Assembly: GCA_044353885.1 (NCBI GenBank)
Contig: JBILBC010000001.1
Coordinates: forward strand, 2,544 to 66,543
DNA from: Candidatus Planktophila sp.
GTDB taxonomy: Bacteria > Actinomycetota > Actinomycetes > Nanopelagicales > Nanopelagicaceae
Reading direction: 5' to 3'
Length of the DNA: 64,000 nt
Part shown: one piece after another, positions 58,891 through 64,000 of the stretch
How the letters are laid out: each line of letters opens with the position of its first letter
How positions within the stretch are numbered: position 1 is the first letter of the stretch
Program-made: the position numbers and the translations under genes
The notes under the pieces: generated by a model
Told to the model about the DNA's origin: nothing
Seen by the model: the letters and a program-made list of their open reading frames with translations, nothing else
Databases searched by the model: none

Positions 58891-60318
58891 GTGACCAAGT
58901 TTCCTAATGTCTTAACTCAGCTTCGATTACCCCCTTACACACGGGTTGTGTATACACACCTTGCGTTGCTAATGATTGTTGTTTCTAATTTAATCCAATA
59001 TTTACTCAAGCCTGCCGGATTTAGACAGGGCGATTCTTGGGCATACGGGTTCTCTGGTGAGAGAGATTGGGGTTTGGTTTCATTTACAGGTCACGCTCTT
59101 CGAAAATGGCCGTTAGTACTAGTAAACACAATTTTAGGGAACGTCGAACTACAAGTTTTATTCCAAACCTTGTTTTCTTGTTGCGCTTGGATCTTTTTGG
59201 TTTGTGTGATTTCTAAGTTATATGGTTCAAATAATCTAGCCGTCTTGGCGACTGGAGTCTTAGGATCGATTAAGCAAATTGTAAGCTGGAACTCAATTCA
59301 ACTTTCAGAGTCATGGTCGATATCGAGCTTGATCATGGTTATTGCATTAAGTCTTTCTATTTCATACAAGCGATCTCGTACCAAAATTTTACTACTTCTA
59401 ATGTTTCTTCTCATTACCCTTAACACCAAACCTTCCACTCTACTGGCCCTAGTAGTGTTAATTCCACTTATTTTGCTAGGTATGGCCCTACTGAAACAAA
59501 CTACAAGGCTTCGCAAAAACGAGTCTTTAACATTGGCGATAATCGGAATAGTTGTGTATTCATGCTTTCTAAATGTCAATCAAGCTAACGAGAACCTCCA
59601 AAATGAGGGATCAGGTCAGTCCTATTCGGCTGCTCAAGCAGTAGCGGTTATTTCAAATATCAATCCAGAAGCCAAAAGAGTAATCAGCAAGCTATCCACG
59701 GTGGATGAAATCACCTGCCTTGATATAACTGCGCTCAAGTCTCCTATCGAAATCACTGAATTGATGAAGTTCAAATGCCAGACGTCAGAGAGCTGGCTTA
59801 CCGAGAATTTTGCGAAATGGTATCTCCGCTACCTGATTGAGAATCCCCAATACGTAATGAAGATATTTGCTACTTCCTTAAGCGCAGGCAATTCGCCTTT
59901 TTCCATGTACGCAGGCTCAATAAGTATTGTGCCTACTCCTGTAGAAGGATTGTTCTTCGGTTCCCGAAATTATGCTAATCGCCTGAATCAAGATTCAGCG
60001 CAGAATATTGATGTGGATAAAATTGAAATAACTTCACCACTCTTTGTCTGGATAATCGCAGGATTACTGCTCCTTACTTATTTAACATTTCGTACTCGTT
60101 TCATTAGATCGGATGGCCCAAGGGTTCCAGGGAGTACCTATGGTCTTTTGATCTGTCTTGGCCTTATCACCATTTTAATAAGCGGAGTGTTGATTCCAAA
60201 TGAATGGTTTAGGCAATCCATAGTCGGACAGATAGAAATTTTCGTAGGGACAATTCTTCTCTATGCCGAGTATTCGACAACCAATTCGCTGGATAACACT
60301 CGGACTAAAAATCAATGA
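58891..60318 (+). CDS. Polytopic membrane protein with a large extracytoplasmic loop (GT-C/polymerase-like, unassigned)
   Basis: About 9-11 TM segments, early loop RQGDSWAY, soluble loop ENLQNEG...; GTG 58891 fits a leaderless -10. The ORF-track start (58807) overlaps uxs. Confidence 0.6.
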   Translation: MTKFPNVLTQLRLPPYTRVVYTHLALLMIVVSNLIQYLLKPAGFRQGDSWAYGFSGERDWGLVSFTGHALRKWPLVLVNTILGNVELQVLFQTLFSCCAWIFLVCVISKLYGSNNLAVLATGVLGSIKQIVSWNSIQLSESWSISSLIMVIALSLSISYKRSRTKILLLLMFLLITLNTKPSTLLALVVLIPLILLGMALLKQTTRLRKNESLTLAIIGIVVYSCFLNVNQANENLQNEGSGQSYSAAQAVAVISNINPEAKRVISKLSTVDEITCLDITALKSPIEITELMKFKCQTSESWLTENFAKWYLRYLIENPQYVMKIFATSLSAGNSPFSMYAGSISIVPTPVEGLFFGSRNYANRLNQDSAQNIDVDKIEITSPLFVWIIAGLLLLTYLTFRTRFIRSDGPRVPGSTYGLLICLGLITILISGVLIPNEWFRQSIVGQIEIFVGTILLYAEYSTTNSLDNTRTKNQ

Positions 60319-60366
60319 AGCGCCTTACTATATTATTGGCAGCCATAAATTCTAGAAAGTATTTTG

Positions 60367-61242
60367 ATGCAAGGTAAGAGTCGCCAAAGAAAAGTGGTAA
60401 TCAGATTATATGGCGGATTAGGAAATCAGATTTTCCAATACCTATTCGGCATGCTTTTATCTTCTAAAGATTTGGCTGAAGTATATTTCGATAAAAACTG
60501 GTTAAATAATCAGCCTTCTCATTCCGGATCAGATTTGCGCAATTTTAAATTTACTGAAGAAGTTATGTTTGTTCGAGAGAGAGGTACTTTCGCAATCAAG
60601 TGCGATGAACTACTTACAAGACTAGCAAGAGTTATTAAGCCGCTAAGTAAAATTAGTAGAATCAAGTTTGAATGTTCGTTGGAAGAATTAAATTATGACT
60701 TAACCAAGAAATATTCAAGATTCCGTGGCTACTATCAAGAATTGAACTATCCAGAGAATTTAATTGGCGAATTAAGAAGTATGGACTGGGACCTTGACTG
60801 TTATTCAGAAAGTTTCACAAACATACTTGGCGATCTGCAGAGTAAAAAGTTCATCGCACTACATGTGAGAGGAGGAGATTATCTTTCTATTGGTTCAATT
60901 CACGAAAATCTAGGTACTGAATATTACGAAAAATCACTAAAGTACATAACAAAAGAATTGCCTGAAGCTTCAATTCTGATTTTTACCGACGATAGATTGC
61001 ACGCGCAAGAAGTCCTTCCAGCTAATGAAAAGTTTCAGTATGTCTCTGAGCTCAGTTTAAGCATTTCTGAGGAATTTCTATTGATGTCCAAAGCAAGCGC
61101 TCACATAATTGCCAATTCCACTTTTTCCTACTGGTCTGCGCAACTATCAAGGACCTCCTCGTTTTTTGTTTGCCCGCGAGCTTGGTACAGAGCCCCTGGA
61201 GGGGCTAGGCCAATCTATCCAATAAATTGGGTAGTTATTTGA
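60367..61242 (+). CDS. GT11 alpha-1,2-fucosyltransferase family protein
   Basis: LYGGLGNQIFQY, GYYQ, ALHVRGGDY, IFTDD, IIANSTFSYW. Confidence 0.92.
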   Translation: MQGKSRQRKVVIRLYGGLGNQIFQYLFGMLLSSKDLAEVYFDKNWLNNQPSHSGSDLRNFKFTEEVMFVRERGTFAIKCDELLTRLARVIKPLSKISRIKFECSLEELNYDLTKKYSRFRGYYQELNYPENLIGELRSMDWDLDCYSESFTNILGDLQSKKFIALHVRGGDYLSIGSIHENLGTEYYEKSLKYITKELPEASILIFTDDRLHAQEVLPANEKFQYVSELSLSISEEFLLMSKASAHIIANSTFSYWSAQLSRTSSFFVCPRAWYRAPGGARPIYPINWVVI

Positions 61243-62209
61243 AAGTGCCCAGGCGGTAGTTTTTCCGCAGTTGTTGAAATTTTCGCATTTCAATACCTGT
61301 ACTAAACCACTCGTTTCGATATTGTGAAAGAATTTGTAGGGAAATCTCTGCGCATTTGATTTTATTTCGAGTGTTACTAAATCGATACAATGTGATTAAG
61401 TCTCGCAAGAGTGAGAGAAACCTTTCAGGAGTGCCACTCGAAACACTGTAGATGGAATGTAATCTTGTTGTTTCCTCTTGAATTTTGTCCAGATCCAAGT
61501 TCTGCGAGATTTGAGATTGAAATCTCCTTAAGTTTCGAAGCATCATCTCTTGTGATACCGCACTTATTCCACTTGGGTTAAGCGTGTAATTCAAAAGAGG
61601 TAATGGCAAACTTGCAATTTCAGAATAGCTTGATACCTTCACCCAAAGTGCGAGATCTTCCGTCGGGTAGTGTTCTTCTTGATAGCCTCCCAGCTCTTGA
61701 ATTACAGATTTACGAAAAATCACACTGGGGTGTGGTGTTCTAGAAGATGTTATCAAGGATAGTTTGGTTAAATTCGGCAAAATGGCAGTACGCACGTCTC
61801 CCAAGAACTGTGAGTTCATACCCCTAATTGAATAATCTGAAAATGCGGCTGCAACATTCTGGTTAGTTGACATAAAGTTACTCAACTTTTCAATTCGATT
61901 GGGTGCATAGAAATCATCTATATCTGCACGTGCAACCAGCTCGAAATCACAACATTCGAGACCGTAATTTAAAGTATTGACCAAACCAAAGTGTTGTCTT
62001 GTTCTAAAAACTATTCTGGAATCCCGCTCCGCCGACTTTCTAACCAAGGCGGCTGTATTGTCTGAGGAGCCGTCATCAACAACAACGATCTGATCTATTC
62101 CTCTGGCACTTGAAACTATCGAAGCCAGTCCTTCTAGGATGTGCTTTTCCGCATTGAAGACAGGAACTAAAATCGAGCAAGGTACTGGCTGTGAATTTTC
62201 AAAGGTCAT
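61235..62209 (-). CDS. GT2 glycosyltransferase
   Basis: LVPVFN, VDDGSSDNT, ARADIDD, HPSV, EDLALW. ATG 62209 overlaps the GT6 stop. Confidence 0.9.
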   Translation of the reverse strand: MTFENSQPVPCSILVPVFNAEKHILEGLASIVSSARGIDQIVVVDDGSSDNTAALVRKSAERDSRIVFRTRQHFGLVNTLNYGLECCDFELVARADIDDFYAPNRIEKLSNFMSTNQNVAAAFSDYSIRGMNSQFLGDVRTAILPNLTKLSLITSSRTPHPSVIFRKSVIQELGGYQEEHYPTEDLALWVKVSSYSEIASLPLPLLNYTLNPSGISAVSQEMMLRNLRRFQSQISQNLDLDKIQEETTRLHSIYSVSSGTPERFLSLLRDLITLYRFSNTRNKIKCAEISLQILSQYRNEWFSTGIEMRKFQQLRKNYRLGTFK

Positions 62210-63008
62210 TCCGGGATTCCTTCTTATCAACAGCAATCACAATTGGTGATAACTTTTTAAGTTGTGGATAAGTTGGATCAAAGCAAAGAGCAGGTGGTAC
62301 CAAAGTCACCCGGCCGAAGGCATTAAAGTGATTCAAATGACTCTCATCATGATATTTTGCAATTATTCCTTTATCCAAATCATGATTAGTTGCTCTGCTC
62401 AACTGGCTACACATATTGAAGATTGCGTCACTTTTTCCAAACCAGATACCGCCACAAACGTACGCTTTCCTGAAAGCCCTAGGGACGTAAGCAGTTGAAT
62501 CCCTATTTGTTTCCCATGTGCCTATTGCGCCGAACCTGATTGACAAAACTAGGTCTCTAATTGCATACCTGGGATTTAGCACGTAAAAATGAAGTCTATC
62601 GATACCAGCCTCTCGGTAGAAGCCAGGGTGACGTACAAGCACAAGGGGACTGTCATTTAGAAGCGTCATTATTGAAGATACAAAATCTTTAGAAGTAATC
62701 AACATGTCAGCATCGAGATAAACAAAACTAGAGGTTGAAATATCCTGAAGCGAGTCCAAAATATGTTGATATCGCATTAGTGTGGGATAGGGCCATTCAG
62801 AATGTTGAATTTGTCGGACAATGAGATTCTCTCCCAAAGTGTTCGAAATACGTTCAGGGATTTCGTTCGGCCGATCCGTCAGTAGAAGCCATTTGACGCT
62901 TGGATTTGTTGAACCAGTCGAGAAGTAAGAATCAATGAGATTTACCCAATAGTCAAGGTATTTGCTTGTCGCAATCGAAAATATGGTCAAGCCGCTTAGT
63001 TTATGCAT
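62199..63008 (-). CDS. GT6 family glycosyltransferase (ABO / alpha-1,3-Gal(NAc) transferase family)
   Basis: IATSKY, WPYPTLMRY, YLDADM, HPGFY, E...STAY, YVCGGIWFG, IIAKYHDESHLN, AVDK: all hallmark GT6 blocks in the expected order. Confidence 0.88.
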   Translation of the reverse strand: MHKLSGLTIFSIATSKYLDYWVNLIDSYFSTGSTNPSVKWLLLTDRPNEIPERISNTLGENLIVRQIQHSEWPYPTLMRYQHILDSLQDISTSSFVYLDADMLITSKDFVSSIMTLLNDSPLVLVRHPGFYREAGIDRLHFYVLNPRYAIRDLVLSIRFGAIGTWETNRDSTAYVPRAFRKAYVCGGIWFGKSDAIFNMCSQLSRATNHDLDKGIIAKYHDESHLNHFNAFGRVTLVPPALCFDPTYPQLKKLSPIVIAVDKKESRNDL

Positions 63009-63083
63009 TCACATGAATTCCCTTAAGAAGCTTGCGGTGTGGATAGAATATACACTCCAACCTCTCGGGAAAAGGTAATAGCG

Positions 63084-64000
63084 GTGGCTTTTCGAACTGA
63101 AGATTTGCGGCGCTGCATTAGATTGTTACCGAAACGCGACCGGAGAAAGATCAAGATAGTTATTGCTGCTCAGTTAGCACTCGCTGGTTTAGATCTTCTT
63201 GGCGTCGCTTCGGTTGGTATTTTGGGCGCACTTGCGGTGAGAGGTATTCAATCAGCTGCACCCGGCGATCGAGTTTCAAGCATTCTTCAAATTCTCAATA
63301 TTCAGAATTTGAATTTTCAGCAGCAAGTTATGATTTTGGGCCTGATTGCTGCTGGAGTATTTGTTGTGAGAACAATCGCTTCTGTTTACATAACAAAAAG
63401 GACTTTTGTATTCCTTAGCTACAGAAGCGCTGAGATCTCTTCTGAGCAGATATCAAAAATACTATCTAACCCGAGGTTAATTCTGGAAGAGCTTAACCCC
63501 CAAGAGATTATTTATGCTGCGACATCGGGTGTATCCGCTTTAGTCTTAGGTGTCATAGGTTCTGGGGTGGTATTTATTTCCGATGCAGCCCTATTGATTG
63601 TGATTGCAGTCGGATTATTAGTTGTGGATACATCAATTGCGATAAGCACAATTCTCATTTTTGGAGTTATAGGATATTTTGTATTTAAGCTTCTAAGCAA
63701 CAAGGCACGGCACTTAGGTTCAAGGAACACGCAATTAAACGTTGAAAGCAATAATCTAATTGTAGAACTTTTGGGCGCGTATAGAGAAAACCAAGTGAAA
63801 AGCCGGCAGAAATTCTATTCACTCAAAGTAGGGAAAAAAAGATTTGAACTTGCGGAAGTTATGGCAGAGGTGCAATTTCTTCCAAATATTAGTAAATATG
63901 TAATTGAATCAACTTTGATTATTGGCGCTTTATTTGTGAGCGCAATTCAATTTAGGGCACAGGATGCCTCACACGCTGTAGCTGCATTATCTGTTTTTCT
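63084..64000 (+). CDS. ABC transporter, fused permease/ATPase type, PglK-like glycan flippase candidate (truncated by window end)
   Basis: Not in the ORF track; hand translation from GTG 63084: MAFRTEDLRRCIRLLPKRDRRK...LDLLGVASV...LLGAYRE..V...FLPNISKYVIE, open to the window end. Only the TM domain is visible. Confidence 0.75.
   Translation, partial: MAFRTEDLRRCIRLLPKRDRRKIKIVIAAQLALAGLDLLGVASVGILGALAVRGIQSAAPGDRVSSILQILNIQNLNFQQQVMILGLIAAGVFVVRTIASVYITKRTFVFLSYRSAEISSEQISKILSNPRLILEELNPQEIIYAATSGVSALVLGVIGSGVVFISDAALLIVIAVGLLVVDTSIAISTILIFGVIGYFVFKLLSNKARHLGSRNTQLNVESNNLIVELLGAYRENQVKSRQKFYSLKVGKKRFELAEVMAEVQFLPNISKYVIESTLIIGALFVSAIQFRAQDASHAVAALSVF

Larger units (their letters stand above)
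49276..64000. other. Glycan island 2 (hypervariable cell-surface region; continues past window end)
   Basis: AT-richer; almost entirely nucleotide-sugar enzymes, GTs and membrane proteins; five strand switches. Confidence 0.8.

Noticed and set aside
62263-62271. Isolated DnaA boxes in island 2 (perfect box here, one-mismatch box at 63038-46)
   Set aside because: Single 9-mers 45 kb from the clustered origin are compatible with chance.
1-64000. tRNA, rRNA, CRISPR array, integrase, transposase or prophage genes
   Set aside because: None seen by eye, including at island borders where a tRNA might be expected; tRNAscan-SE, CRISPR finders and ISEScan would be needed to exclude them formally.

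Overview
Origin-of-replication region of a streamlined, low-GC actinobacterium. The very short intergenic spacers and actinobacterial ori gene order best fit the freshwater acI / Nanopelagicales type, but this is inference, not a database result. Core block, 1-37.4 kb: class A PBP, DUF5318, MFS, CCA enzyme, NUDIX, murJ, trxBA, CwlM-like amidase, parAB with two parS sites, rsmG-jag-yidC-yidD-rnpA-rpmH, dnaA-oriC-dnaN-recF-dciA, dnaK-grpE-dnaJ-hspR with HAIR operators, pyrE, dedA, a LacI/sugar-ABC/GH1 locus, H+-PPase and topA. Two visibly AT-richer surface-glycan islands follow. Island 1 (37.4-45.3 kb, between topA and an MFS-dTMP kinase fusion) encodes a non-canonical nonulosonic-acid pathway: PseB, RmlD-like reductase, divergent NeuB, GT4, aldo-keto reductase, SpsF-like cytidylyltransferase and class III aminotransferase, plus galE. 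Island 2 (49.3 kb to window end) is a strand-switching mosaic: a CDP-6-deoxysugar pathway, UDP-xylose synthase with a polyprenol-phosphate GT2 and GT-C-like membrane proteins, and a GT11 (alpha-1,2-fucosyltransferase family) + GT2 + GT6 (ABO blood-group transferase family) + ABC flippase-like module. The best candidates for undescribed biology are the GT6/GT11 histo-blood-group-like cassette and the atypical nonulosonate pathway. I saw no tRNA, rRNA, CRISPR array, integrase or transposase. All calls come from reading motifs by eye; no searches or GC computations were run.
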